A model generated the notes under the pieces. It worked only from the letters and a program-made list of their open reading frames with translations, made no database searches and was not told the origin of the DNA. Source: an uncultured delta proteobacterium (GTDB lineage Bacteria; Desulfobacterota; WTBG01; CAIYCZ01). From it: DNA of 59,844 nt. A program made the translations under genes and the position numbers. Position 1 is the stretch's first letter. Each line of letters begins with the position of its first letter. Shown here one piece after another: positions 13,852 to 26,068 of this stretch. The stretch lies in contig CAWDOY010000023.1 of NCBI GenBank assembly GCA_963803975.1, positions 1 through 59,844 on the forward strand. The letters are read 5' to 3'.

Positions 13852-13880
13852 TTGACGCACAGGTATCTTTACCGTATTAT
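13852..13880 (+). promoter_or_regulatory. Putative sigma70 promoter upstream of hppA
   Basis: TTGACG-17 nt-TATTAT. Confidence 0.55.
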
Positions 13881-14230
13881 TTCCAAACTTAAAAAATTAA
13901 ATAGTACTGGGAAGGCTGTTCAATACTATTAACATTCCCATCTATTTACATAGCGTAACTCCCTGCCACAATCCTCGAAACAGTAGCTTCGAGTGTGACT
14001 ACTCACGCCCAATTCATTGCACTGGATGTAACACCGCACAGAAGGCTGTGTGTAAAAAGGGGAGCTGTAGCATACTATATAATAGCGCAATAACTTATAC
14101 GCATCAGGGGGCAGTTAAAGATATCTACAGTTGCATAAGGGGTGCAAATATATAATCCGGAAACCTGTTGATGAGAATGCTCACGCAGGAAATATTCAAT
14201 TTACAACTCTTCGCGAAAGGAGTTACACAG

Positions 14231-16715
<2,485 letters not shown>

Positions 16716-16752
16716 GCAGCACAATAGGACACAGCACTAAACACAGAAAGTT

Positions 16753-16789
16753 AAAGGCCCTCGCCCCGTTATGGGGTGAGGGCCTTTTT
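16753..16789 (+). terminator. Rho-independent terminator
   Basis: AAAGGCCCTCGCCCC-loop-GGGGTGAGGGCCTTTTT. Confidence 0.85.
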
Positions 16790-16833
16790 AACTGTTGATC
16801 CCGGTATGGGCATCATCGTAAACTTTCCGGTAA

Positions 16834-17022
16834 TTACTTGACTGCGGCCAGCGCATTCTTTACCGAAGCCAGAAGATCGCCCACATGCTTCTCCCGTTTT
16901 TTAAGAAAGTCCTTATATTCATGATGCTTACAATGGTGAATTTCAACCCGTGTTACGCCTTCTGCCTTTGCGAGTAGCATATCAATTAACAACAAATCTT
17001 CTTTTGATAATTCTACATTCAT
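16834..17022 (-). CDS. Small hypothetical protein (62 aa, helical)
   Basis: Strong RBS (AAGGAGG); MNVELSKEDLLLIDMLL..RVEIHHC..LKKRE. Confidence 0.7.
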   Translation of the reverse strand: MNVELSKEDLLLIDMLLAKAEGVTRVEIHHCKHHEYKDFLKKREKHVGDLLASVKNALAAVK

Positions 17023-17303
17023 AAGCCCCTCCTTTCTTAACGTGTTATTTGTCTTCTATTTATATTATATATGCAAATTTAGCAAAATCAACTGGCTGCA
17101 TATATTTTATTTTATCCCCAATTAAAAATTTTTTACCCGATTTGCTTTTCTATGTGTTAAATAGGTGTTACATACTGAGGCCTATGGGCACAAAACAATA
17201 CCCCGTTTTAGCCGCATACCTTTAGTAGTTTTGCAGCACTTCCCCAAACGTATCTGCATTTGGATAGCATTCTCAACATAATAGCAGCATATTCCCGATA
17301 AAA

Positions 17304-17320
17304 ATATCCCTATGGGATAT
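17304..17320. promoter_or_regulatory. Candidate operator upstream of ABC exporter operon
   Basis: Perfect inverted repeat ATATCCC-tat-GGGATAT about 65 nt before the start codon. Confidence 0.4.
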
Positions 17321-17384
17321 AGAAGTTTTTTTAATATCTTTTTTATGATATAAATAATTATTTATATATCCGGAGGAAAATGAC

Positions 17385-18611
17385 ATGGATGATTCTAAAG
17401 ACCGGAAGCTGCCGGATCTTGCGTCCCTGCGTATTGACGCCAGCGCACGCACCACCGGTACCAGCAAGCGGCCGCGCCTTATCATTGCTGCGGGGGTTGC
17501 TCTCCTCATAATGATTGTGCTCATCAGCATTGCCGTTAAAAACAAAAAAGTGACGGTGGAGGTAGCTATCGCACGGCCTGCAGTGGAGAGCAAGGGTGCG
17601 GTGGTGCTGAATGCCAGCGGCTATGTGACGCCGCGGCGCCGGTCCACTATTGCGGCTAAAATTACTGCCCGGGTGAGGGAAATGCTGGTAGAAGAAGGTA
17701 TGCAGGTAAAGGAAGGCCAGGTGCTTGCGTATCTTGACGATTCAGACGCGAAAGTCCGGCTTGCTGCAGCCCAGGCTGCATTACAGGTAGCAAGCGCCGG
17801 AGTAAAAGAGCTCGAGGTAAATGAAGTGGATGCCGTGCGCACGCTCAGGCGCGTTAAAAACCTGCACCAGGAAAAGGTCGCGAGCAGGGAGAATCTTGAC
17901 CACAGCCAGGCCGCTGCCGACGCCCTCGGCGCGCGGCGCAGGCTGGCACTGGAACAGGTACAGTCTGCCCAGGCCCAGATGGAAGTTGCCCGGCAGGACC
18001 TGGACAACTGCACCGTACGGGCGCCGTTTCCCGGCATCGTGGTATCCAAAGACGCTCAGGTGGGCGAGATGGTATCGCCGATCTCTGCCGGCGGCGGCTT
18101 CACCCGGACCGGTATCGCGACCATTGTTGACATGGATTCCCTGGAAATTGAAGTTGACGTGAATGAATCCTACATTGCCAAGGTAGGCGCTGGCCAGAAG
18201 GTCGATGCAGTGCTTGACGCCTATCCCGAATGGCACATCCCGGCCAGCGTGCGCACCACCATTCCCACTGCAGACCGGCAGAAGGCAACCGTCAAAGTAC
18301 GCATTGCCTTTGACAAGCTCGATCCCCGCATCCTGCCTGATATGGGTGTTAAGGTTTCATTTTTGAGCAGCGAAACAACAGCCCCGGCAACCGGCGCGCA
18401 GGCAATTATTCCCAAAGAAGCGCTGCGGGACGTGGACGGCAAGCCGGCGGTTTTCAGGGTGGTCAACAGCCGGATCGAGCAGTGCACGGTAAAACCGGGG
18501 CCACTGCGCGGCAGCGATGTTGAAGTCATCGACGGCATCAAAGCAGGAGATACCGTGGTGGTCAGCTCTCAGGAAACCCTGCGGGATGGTCAGCGCGCAG
18601 AAGTAAAGTAA
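17385..18611 (+). CDS. Periplasmic adaptor (MFP) of MacAB-like ABC exporter
   Basis: N-terminal TM anchor, LNASGYVTPRR, coiled-coil hairpin, VRAPFPGIV, LEIEVDVNE. Confidence 0.9.
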   Translation: MDDSKDRKLPDLASLRIDASARTTGTSKRPRLIIAAGVALLIMIVLISIAVKNKKVTVEVAIARPAVESKGAVVLNASGYVTPRRRSTIAAKITARVREMLVEEGMQVKEGQVLAYLDDSDAKVRLAAAQAALQVASAGVKELEVNEVDAVRTLRRVKNLHQEKVASRENLDHSQAAADALGARRRLALEQVQSAQAQMEVARQDLDNCTVRAPFPGIVVSKDAQVGEMVSPISAGGGFTRTGIATIVDMDSLEIEVDVNESYIAKVGAGQKVDAVLDAYPEWHIPASVRTTIPTADRQKATVKVRIAFDKLDPRILPDMGVKVSFLSSETTAPATGAQAIIPKEALRDVDGKPAVFRVVNSRIEQCTVKPGPLRGSDVEVIDGIKAGDTVVVSSQETLRDGQRAEVK

Positions 18612-18616
18612 CTTAC

Positions 18617-18740
18617 GTTAAGGAGTTTGAGAGTTAAGGAGTTATGAAGTTAGGGGTTTTGTGAATAAAAATAATTTAAAATTATTAACTCCTCAACTCC
18701 TAAACTCCCTAACTCTCGCACTCCTCAACTCCTCAACTCT
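18617..18740. repeat. Paired 8-mer tandem arrays (GAGTTAAG-like / AACTCCTC-like) forming a long imperfect hairpin
   Basis: gttaaggagtttgagagttaaggagttatgaagttagg ... AT spacer ... aactcctcaactcctaaactccctaactct... Confidence 0.8.
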
Positions 18741-18749
18741 GAGATAGAT

Positions 18750-19469
18750 ATGGTTTCAGTTAACGGCAATATGCACGAGAGCGCACTTATCCAGGTGCGC
18801 AATCTTGATAAAAAATATCAGCGCGGAAGCGAAGAGATCCACGTCCTGCAGGGCCTGAACCTTGATGTTGACGAGGGAGAATTTGTCGCATTCATGGGCC
18901 CAAGCGGCTCGGGTAAAACCACGCTTCTTAACCTGCTCGGCGGCATTGACCTGCCGTCCTCGGGCAGCATTACCGTTGCCGGTGATGAGATCAGCCACAT
19001 GTCAGGCAGCAAGCTGACTGCCTGGCGCGCGCGCCACGTGGGTTTTATCTTTCAGATGTATAACCTGATCCCGGTGCTGACCGCTTTCCAGAATGTTGAG
19101 ATACCGCTGCTGCTCACCAGTCTCTCCAAAGCTGACCGGCGCACGCACGTTGAGGCGGCGCTGGGGGTGGTGGGGCTCACTGACCGCATGCACCACTACC
19201 CGCGCCAGCTCTCGGGAGGCCAGGAACAGCGCGTGGCCATTGCCCGGGCCATTGTGTCCGACCCCACGTTTCTGCTCTGCGATGAGCCCACCGGAGATCT
19301 TGACCGCCACAGTGCTGATGACATCCTGAACCTTCTTGAGCGGCTGGTAAAAGACTTCGGCAAGACCATTCTCATGGTCACCCACGATCCCCGCGCGGCA
19401 GAGCGGGCGCAGGTGTCGCTGCACCTGGACAAAGGTGTGCTCATTGAAGGACAGAAAACAGGCAAATAG
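18750..19469 (+). CDS. ABC transporter ATP-binding protein (LolD/MacB-like)
   Basis: Walker A GPSGSGKT, LSGGQEQRV, LLCDEPTG, VTHD. Confidence 0.95.
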   Translation: MVSVNGNMHESALIQVRNLDKKYQRGSEEIHVLQGLNLDVDEGEFVAFMGPSGSGKTTLLNLLGGIDLPSSGSITVAGDEISHMSGSKLTAWRARHVGFIFQMYNLIPVLTAFQNVEIPLLLTSLSKADRRTHVEAALGVVGLTDRMHHYPRQLSGGQEQRVAIARAIVSDPTFLLCDEPTGDLDRHSADDILNLLERLVKDFGKTILMVTHDPRAAERAQVSLHLDKGVLIEGQKTGK

Positions 19470-19472
19470 TCC

Positions 19473-20618
19473 ATGAAGTTTTTACCCTTTTTGATAGCCA
19501 ACCTTCTGCGCAAAAAAGTCCGCATCACCATGACCATCGGGTCGTTCACCATTGCGCTGTTTCTCTACTGCATCCTGGCGACCATTGAGCGTTCATTTAA
19601 CCAGGGCGTTGAAGTGGCCGGTGCCGACCGCCTGGTGGTGATTAACAAAACATCTCTCATTTCGCCCCTGCCCTTTTCTTATAAAGAGCGCCTCGCGCAG
19701 ATCCCCAATGTCAAGCATGTGACCTACGCCGTGTGGTTTGGCGGCATCTATCAGAGCGAGAAGAATTTTTTCCCGCAGCTTGCCATTGATCTTAAAACCT
19801 ACAGGGGCATGTATACTGAATTCAAAGTTGCCCCGCAGTACTGGGAGGCATTCTTAAAAGATAAAGAGGGGTGCATTGTCGGCCCAAGTACGATGAAACG
19901 CTTCGGCTGGAAAGTCGGCGACCGGGTACCGCTGCGCGGAACCATCTGGCCCGGCACCTGGGAATTTAATATTCGCGGCACCTATGAAGGCACCCGCGGC
20001 GATGACGACCTGACCCAGTTCTGGTTCCGCTATGACTACCTGGATGAGCGCCGGCTGCCCGAGTTCGGCAAGGGCACGGTGGGCTGGTACATGGTGAAGG
20101 TGGACAAAATAGATAGAGCGGCAGAGGTGCTGGCTGCCATTGACAAGCGCTTTGCCAACTCAGCCTATGAGACTAAAACAGACACGGAAAAATCCTTTGC
20201 CTCTGACTTTGTCAAGCAGATCGGAAACATTAAGCTCATCATGCTCTCAATCGGCGGGGTGGTCTTTTTTACCCTGCTGCTCGTGACCGGCAGCACCATG
20301 TCCATGTCCGTGCGGGAGCGCGTCGGAGAGCTGGCAACCCTGAAGACGATCGGCTTTTCCGATACCACGGTGCTGCTGCTGGTGATGGCAGAGGCTCTCA
20401 CCGTCGGGCTGGTGGGCGGCGGCATCGGGGTGATTGTCGGCAAGCTGTACACGCTTACCGGTGACCCGACCGGAGGACTGCTCCCCATATTTTATCTCGC
20501 GCCGCAGAATATGATCACAGGCTTAGGGCTCGGTATCTTCATAGGCATGCTTTCCGGCTTGATGCCGGCAGTGTTTGCCATGCGGCTGAGGATTGTCGAA
20601 GCCCTGCGCAGAGTGTAA
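19473..20618 (+). CDS. ABC transporter permease (FtsX/MacB-like)
   Basis: TM1 plus large periplasmic domain, SVRERVGELATLKTIGFS, three C-terminal TMs. Confidence 0.9.
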   Translation: MKFLPFLIANLLRKKVRITMTIGSFTIALFLYCILATIERSFNQGVEVAGADRLVVINKTSLISPLPFSYKERLAQIPNVKHVTYAVWFGGIYQSEKNFFPQLAIDLKTYRGMYTEFKVAPQYWEAFLKDKEGCIVGPSTMKRFGWKVGDRVPLRGTIWPGTWEFNIRGTYEGTRGDDDLTQFWFRYDYLDERRLPEFGKGTVGWYMVKVDKIDRAAEVLAAIDKRFANSAYETKTDTEKSFASDFVKQIGNIKLIMLSIGGVVFFTLLLVTGSTMSMSVRERVGELATLKTIGFSDTTVLLLVMAEALTVGLVGGGIGVIVGKLYTLTGDPTGGLLPIFYLAPQNMITGLGLGIFIGMLSGLMPAVFAMRLRIVEALRRV

Positions 20619-20626
20619 TAAATTCA

Positions 20627-20748
20627 AGCTGAGAGTGCTGAGTGTTCAGAGCTAACTTAAACTTAACTCTCATTAGAAACAATCCGCATAAAAAAGAGAT
20701 AACTCCTGAAACAGGAAGTTCTCGGCGTCTCCGCGAACTCTGAGGTAA
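20627..20748. repeat. Intergenic short-unit repeats between the permeases
   Basis: agctgagagtgctgagtgttcagagct / aacttaaacttaactct, and 9-mer-type ctcggcgtctccgcgaactctgaggt. Confidence 0.5.
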
Positions 20749-20763
20749 ACTGTTTTAATAACT

Positions 20764-21936
20764 ATGGCCATACCTCTAATATATAACATTCGCTCTATCA
20801 TTATCCGCTGGTCCTCCAACGCGGTTGCCGTCCTCGGCATCGCGGGCGTGGTGGCGGTCTTTGTCGCAACGCTTTCCATGGCCCGGGGCTTTGAGGTGGC
20901 GTTGGTCTCATCAGGCTCGCCCATGAACGCCATGGTGCGGCGCGGCGGCTCTTCCTCGGAGATGGAAAGCGTGATCACCCTGCCCCAGGTAAAAGTTATA
21001 AGCGATGCGCCGGGAATCGCGCGGGACAAAAATGGCAACCCCCTGGTGAGCCCCGAGGTCATCGTCATCGCCTCTTTTGCCCAGCGCAGTACCAATGCCG
21101 ATGCGCTGGTGCAGGTGCGCGGCATTTCACCGCTCACCTTTGAAATACGCAAATCAGTAAAAATATATCGCGGCCGCTGTTTTAAACCCGGCCTTCCCGA
21201 GCTGATTGTGGGAAAAAATATCCCCAGCATTTACCGCGGCTTTGAGCTTGGCGCGCAGCCGCGTTTCGGCGGGCGGGACTGGACCGTGGTCGGCATCATG
21301 GATGCGGGAGGGAGCGCCTTTGATTCTGAAATCTGGTGTGACGGCGTGCTCCTTAATCAGACCTACAAGCGTCCCTCGTCCATGTGTCAATCGGTGACCG
21401 TGCGCCTGACCTCGTTCTCGGCACTGAAAGAGTTTAAAGATGCACTCACTAATGACCCCCGGCTTACCGTGCAGGCGGAGCGGGAGACTGAATACTACGA
21501 GCGCCAGTCGCAGATGGTGACCACGGTTATCCGCGTGCTCGGCTTTCTGGTGGCAGTGGTCATGGGCATCGGCGCGGTGTTCGGCGCGCTCAATACCATG
21601 TATTCGGCGATCTCGGCACGGGTGCGGGAAATCGCCACGATGCGCGCGCTGGGGTTTAGCGAGGGCAGCATCATCTTTTCCTTTATCTGCGAATCCATGT
21701 TTATAGCGCTCATCGGCGGCATCTTCGGCTGCATTCTTGTCTTCCCCATCAACGGTTATACCACCTCAACCATGAACTGGCAGACTTTCTCCAACGTGGC
21801 CTTTGCCTTCCAGATAACTCCCGACCTGCTTATAGAGGGCATTGTGTTCGCCCTGTTTATGGGCTTCATCGGCGGGCTGGCACCATCCATCCGCGCGGCA
21901 CGGCTTCCCGTGTCAGTCGCGCTGCGGGAACTGTAA
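20764..21936 (+). CDS. ABC transporter permease (FtsX/MacB-like), second subunit
   Basis: ARVREIATMRALGFS motif, same topology as the upstream permease. Confidence 0.9.
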   Translation: MAIPLIYNIRSIIIRWSSNAVAVLGIAGVVAVFVATLSMARGFEVALVSSGSPMNAMVRRGGSSSEMESVITLPQVKVISDAPGIARDKNGNPLVSPEVIVIASFAQRSTNADALVQVRGISPLTFEIRKSVKIYRGRCFKPGLPELIVGKNIPSIYRGFELGAQPRFGGRDWTVVGIMDAGGSAFDSEIWCDGVLLNQTYKRPSSMCQSVTVRLTSFSALKEFKDALTNDPRLTVQAERETEYYERQSQMVTTVIRVLGFLVAVVMGIGAVFGALNTMYSAISARVREIATMRALGFSEGSIIFSFICESMFIALIGGIFGCILVFPINGYTTSTMNWQTFSNVAFAFQITPDLLIEGIVFALFMGFIGGLAPSIRAARLPVSVALREL

Positions 21937-21990
21937 CAAAGTCACCACTCGAACAAATCCCGAGTCCCGAACCCCTATCCCTATCCCCTG

Positions 21991-22105
21991 GTCAACTTCC
22001 CCGTAACAGGACCTAAGCGAGGGTTTCTGGACAGTCGATGCGAAGCGGTCGTGTCATAACGGTAACGAAAGTTTGCGGCGTTAAAGCTGTTAAGCAGGAA
22101 ATGAC
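21991..22105. repeat. attC-like / REP-like imperfect palindrome
   Basis: Ends gtcaacttccccgtaacag / ctgttaagcaggaaatgac pair; GTTAAGC at 22089-22095 matches GTTRRRY; central hairpin around GCGAAGC. Confidence 0.45.
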
Positions 22106-22139
22106 ATATGAAGGGAAAGGCGAAAAATCTGTTTTTACT

Positions 22140-22664
22140 TTATTCTACCAATGCTCGAACAGCATCGGGCAGGTGCGTCAGCAGGTCAGGGTGAGTCTCC
22201 ACTAAGCGTGCGATGTCGGCAAGGTCTTTCTGCCGCTTGCTTTTCCGCCTCGTCTGATCCGTATAAGCCCAGAGCTTGCCTTTGAGCACGTCCTCTATGG
22301 TTGCCACCATCATTTCATAGCCCAAAACGTTTTTTCGCTGGGACCGGGGAATAAATTTCTGATAACGCACATCGGTTTGCAACTGAATGCGAAGGTCTGA
22401 TTTCGGACTGTTTAAATTGATGCTGTGCTCAAACCGTTCTATCTGAAGCCCGGCCTCGCGAGCTTTTGTGCAGAGTGTCTCAAGATGGCTGGCGACAACA
22501 ACTATATCCAGATCAAGGCTCACCACGGGGTCCGCGTATGCATTGACCGCAAGCCCTCCAATGATGCAGTAAGGCATCTCTGCCCGCGCTATCATGTCCA
22601 GCAGCATTTGAATGATATCTGCTTCGCCGTTTGCAACTGCCTTGATAAAATCTTTTGCGGTCAT
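22140..22664 (-). CDS. Orphan nucleotidyltransferase-superfamily protein (AbiEii/DUF-type)
   Basis: YCIIGGLAVNAY..SLDLDIVV (GG..DxD motif), ATIEDVLKGKL, RQKDLADI. Confidence 0.75.
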   Translation of the reverse strand: MTAKDFIKAVANGEADIIQMLLDMIARAEMPYCIIGGLAVNAYADPVVSLDLDIVVVASHLETLCTKAREAGLQIERFEHSINLNSPKSDLRIQLQTDVRYQKFIPRSQRKNVLGYEMMVATIEDVLKGKLWAYTDQTRRKSKRQKDLADIARLVETHPDLLTHLPDAVRALVE

Positions 22665-22708
22665 TGCGTCACGCTTTTGGATTAATGAATGATTTTTGAC
22701 ATGCTAAA

Positions 22709-22737
22709 AGTATAGGGCGGGAGGCATAGTGAGTCAA
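22709..22737 (-). promoter_or_regulatory. sigma70 promoter of the nucleotidyltransferase gene
   Basis: Minus strand TTGACT-17 nt-TATACT. Confidence 0.7.
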
Positions 22738-22906
22738 TATAAATGCAAAAGACATCTGCACGTTGCGGCGATCACAATGAGGGGTTTGCGGATTCGAGAT
22801 TGGAACTGGAAGGCATGCCGTTTGCCGGTCACAGATAGCGAAGATGAAGGATGAAACGGCCCATCGACCCGGCTCGGGACAGGCACAGAGGCACAACCGC
22901 CCTGTT

Positions 22907-24508
22907 TTATTTCTCTTCTAACCACCTGCCGCGCTCCAGTAAAACAAAGCGCCCTGCAGAAGCGATTTTCAAATACCCGCGCTTTAAAAGCGACCTTAGA
23001 TCATAGGTATCATGAGAGAAGGTGACGATGAATCGCGGCTGACAGGTCAAGAGCGCGCGCTGGTGCTCATGAAGCCATTCCCCGTGCCGGTACTGCAGCT
23101 TGGTATCTATGAAGGGAATTTCAATAAAAAAACGCGAAGGTGAACGAAGCCCTGAAACAGCATATATTGCAGGCTCAAAGCCTCTCACATGGAGTTGATC
23201 GCCGGGCCGGGCCCGCTTTTTAATCATTTCTCCGATCATTTCATTATCCCGGTAATTATAGCCGAAGCCCCCGGTGAACGGCTTCAGATAATTAGCACGT
23301 TCCATATAACCTGCATTGTAGAGCCAGAATGATACCGTCGCTTTTAGATAGTTTGTGTTATTGTTGACACACCATGGCGGCGCTGAGAAAAAACCAATGA
23401 GCACAATGGCCAGGGCCGTCACGATCGTAATCCGGGGCAGATACCGCATGCACACCGCTACACCATAGCCGGCACACGCCATCATAAAGGGAACCATCAC
23501 CCCCCAGTGATAAGAGTAGAATTTCTGCTGTACTGCCACCGAGGCAGCAGCGCTCACACATAAGAGCATGGCCATAGCAGCGCCGCGCGCAATTGGCCAG
23601 TACCGGCGCTTCACCGCAAACACAATCCCGGCAAACCACAGGACGAGCACAACACAGACCCACGGGGAGCAATTAGTAATCCAGAAATTACTGACCCATG
23701 CCAGCGCTACCGCGGCATCAGTTGGCTTCTGTAATACATAGTAGCGGTTAAACCCGTACAGCATGTCAAGCATCTCGCTCCACCCGCCCCGCAGGATAAA
23801 ATACCCTGCGCATGCTCCCGATACGCCGGCAAAGCCTCCGGCAAAAAGGGCCAGCGCGCCCGGCATCCTCAGCCAGTGGCGCTCCCCGGCATCATCGCGG
23901 GAACGAAGCGCGACCACTCCTGCAATGAACAGGGAAATTATTACGGATGGAAATTTAAAGAGGAAAGCAGCTCCTGCCAGACATCCTGACAGCACCGCGC
24001 GGCGCCACCACTTCTGTTCTTTTTCAGCTGCGGCATAACTGGCAACAAGGGCAAGGCCTTCCCAGGTTTCAACCTGCGCGGTATCCCAGTAGTCAAAACA
24101 GGTAAAGTAAAAACTCGCCGTCAATAATACCAGCACCCCTGATTCTCCGCATCCGCATGGCCGGCTTCTCCGTACCGAGCGAGACGCTGTGATGCCAATC
24201 AATACCATCCCGGCAAGCTCTGCCGCGCGTATCGACCATTGATGCGCGCCCAGCAGCAGAATGCTTGCAGCGTGAACGAGATGAATACCGGGGGGTTTAT
24301 GATCAAAAATATCACGGTACGGCAGCAGGCCATTAAGCCACTCGCGGCCCACATAAAAATGCGCGGCCTGGTCGCGGCCAAACGGATAGCCGATGCTTGG
24401 CAGGCTGTACGCTATCGCCGCGATGATAAGAAGGATATCCGCCTTGTGCGGCACCCTGTCCAGAACGGCAACCAGCGTGTTATAAAAACTCCTGGCTCGT
24501 GTTTTCAT
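22907..24508 (-). CDS. GT-C fold (ArnT/PMT-like) membrane glycosyltransferase
   Basis: GRDQ..FY..G.LPYRDIFDHKPPG loop, many TM helices, soluble C-terminal domain. Confidence 0.75.
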   Translation of the reverse strand: MKTRARSFYNTLVAVLDRVPHKADILLIIAAIAYSLPSIGYPFGRDQAAHFYVGREWLNGLLPYRDIFDHKPPGIHLVHAASILLLGAHQWSIRAAELAGMVLIGITASRSVRRSRPCGCGESGVLVLLTASFYFTCFDYWDTAQVETWEGLALVASYAAAEKEQKWWRRAVLSGCLAGAAFLFKFPSVIISLFIAGVVALRSRDDAGERHWLRMPGALALFAGGFAGVSGACAGYFILRGGWSEMLDMLYGFNRYYVLQKPTDAAVALAWVSNFWITNCSPWVCVVLVLWFAGIVFAVKRRYWPIARGAAMAMLLCVSAAASVAVQQKFYSYHWGVMVPFMMACAGYGVAVCMRYLPRITIVTALAIVLIGFFSAPPWCVNNNTNYLKATVSFWLYNAGYMERANYLKPFTGGFGYNYRDNEMIGEMIKKRARPGDQLHVRGFEPAIYAVSGLRSPSRFFIEIPFIDTKLQYRHGEWLHEHQRALLTCQPRFIVTFSHDTYDLRSLLKRGYLKIASAGRFVLLERGRWLEEK

Positions 24509-24721
24509 AGCATGTCAGATTTTTGACCGGATTTTTACCTTTCCTGCCTTTATAACGCCTGTTATTTCTCATGGCAACAGGTATAATGCGGATCACAATA
24601 CATCCTATTGCTCTGCGGCCCTCGCGTTTCTGGCATCCGGGCAAAATCCAAATTGACAATACAGTGATAGAGTGATAGAAAATTTAAAACTATATATTTT
24701 CTACAGGTATGGCGGGAAGCT

Positions 24722-25294
24722 TTGGTGCGAGTCATAAGCGGCGCGTATAAGGGAAGAAAACTCCAGTCGTTTCCGGGTCTGTCCATCCGGCCTACCTCAG
24801 ATCGGACACGCGAATCCATCTTTAACATCCTCAGCAGCCTCTTTCAGAGCTTTGCAGAAAAACGTGTTCTTGATCTTTATGCCGGCACCGGAGCGCTGGG
24901 CATTGAAGCCCTCAGCCGGGGCGCTCGCACGGCAACCTTTGTCGAGTCGGAACAGCACGCGCGTGCAGTATTACAGAAGAATCTATCACTTATTACTGAC
25001 CCGGCCGCATATGAATTAATCGGGCTTCCGGTACACGCGGCGCTGCCGCTGCTGCAGGGACGAGGCGAGGCTTTTGACCTCATTTTTATTGACCCTCCCT
25101 ACGGCAAGGGCCTGGCCCACGCCACCCTGGAGACCCTGGCAGCAGGAACGCTATGCAGCAAACAGGGCATCATATTGTGTGAGCATTTTATCCGTGATCC
25201 GCTTGAAGAGCGCTACGGTTCATTATCGCTCTTTGATAAGAGACGGTATGGCCAGACCATGGTCTCTTTTTTCGCGGCCCGGGAGCCGGGATGA
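24722..25294 (+). CDS. rsmD: 16S rRNA m2G966 methyltransferase RsmD
   Basis: RVISGAYKGRKL, IRPTSDRTRESIFN, VLDLYAGTGALGIEALSRGA, IFIDPPY. Confidence 0.95.
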   Translation: MVRVISGAYKGRKLQSFPGLSIRPTSDRTRESIFNILSSLFQSFAEKRVLDLYAGTGALGIEALSRGARTATFVESEQHARAVLQKNLSLITDPAAYELIGLPVHAALPLLQGRGEAFDLIFIDPPYGKGLAHATLETLAAGTLCSKQGIILCEHFIRDPLEERYGSLSLFDKRRYGQTMVSFFAAREPG

Positions 25295-25351
25295 GCGCGG
25301 ATTGATGGTCCTGACACAACCTCACTATTAATTGCAACGGGCGGATGGAAC

Positions 25352-26068
25352 ATGAAAGATAATAATGAAAGTTACTGTATTTATCCGGGGTCATTTGATC
25401 CCATCACCAACGGTCACATCAATCTGATAGAACGGGGCCTGCATATTTTTGACAAAATTATTGTTGCGATCGCCAACAATATGACCAAGGCGCCCATGTT
25501 CACGGTTGAAGAGCGCAAGGAGATGATCCGCCTGTCCTTTGCCAATAACCCGGAAAGCCACCGCATCATCGTCGACTCCTTTGACGGGCTGCTCGTTGAC
25601 TACTGCCGGGGCAAGGGCGTGCACGTGGTGCTGCGCGGGCTGCGCGCCACATCTGACTTTGAGTACGAATTTCAGATGACCTTTATGAACCGCAAACTGG
25701 ACCGCACCATTGACACCATCTTCATGATGACCGGCATGCAGTGGTTCTTTGTAAACTCAAGCGTTATTAAACAGGCCGCCCTGTCCGGCGCCTGTGTTTC
25801 GGGGCTGGTGCCGGATATAGTATGTGACCGGCTGCAGGAAAAAATTAAGAGCATAAAAGGGAAAAAGACAAAACCAAAGACAGCAGAAAAAAGGCAGATA
25901 GCTAATAGCTGTCAGCCATTTTTTCTCAGCTTTCCGATATCTCGAAATCTTTCGGGAATCGGGACTGCGGTTACATTTAACAACATTTATCTAAATAACA
26001 GGAGGCAGTTGTATGCAGCTTGCACGACGCGTAAAAGAAATAAAGCCATCCCCCACGCTGGCGGTTGA
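25352..26068 (+). CDS. coaD: Pantetheine-phosphate adenylyltransferase; homology ends near 25850, and the ORF runs on through a repeat
   Basis: YPGSFDPITNGH, RGLRATSDFEYEFQM; adjacent to rsmD. Confidence 0.93.
   Translation: MKDNNESYCIYPGSFDPITNGHINLIERGLHIFDKIIVAIANNMTKAPMFTVEERKEMIRLSFANNPESHRIIVDSFDGLLVDYCRGKGVHVVLRGLRATSDFEYEFQMTFMNRKLDRTIDTIFMMTGMQWFFVNSSVIKQAALSGACVSGLVPDIVCDRLQEKIKSIKGKKTKPKTAEKRQIANSCQPFFLSFPISRNLSGIGTAVTFNNIYLNNRRQLYAACTTRKRNKAIPHAGG

Noticed and set aside
18617..18740. Possible CRISPR array
   Set aside because: Units are 8-mers with no unique spacers, and no cas genes occur in the window
24660..24680. tetO-like sequence CAGTGATAGAG upstream of rsmD
   Set aside because: Only a half site, arranged as a direct repeat, with no palindromic partner or tetR; likely chance
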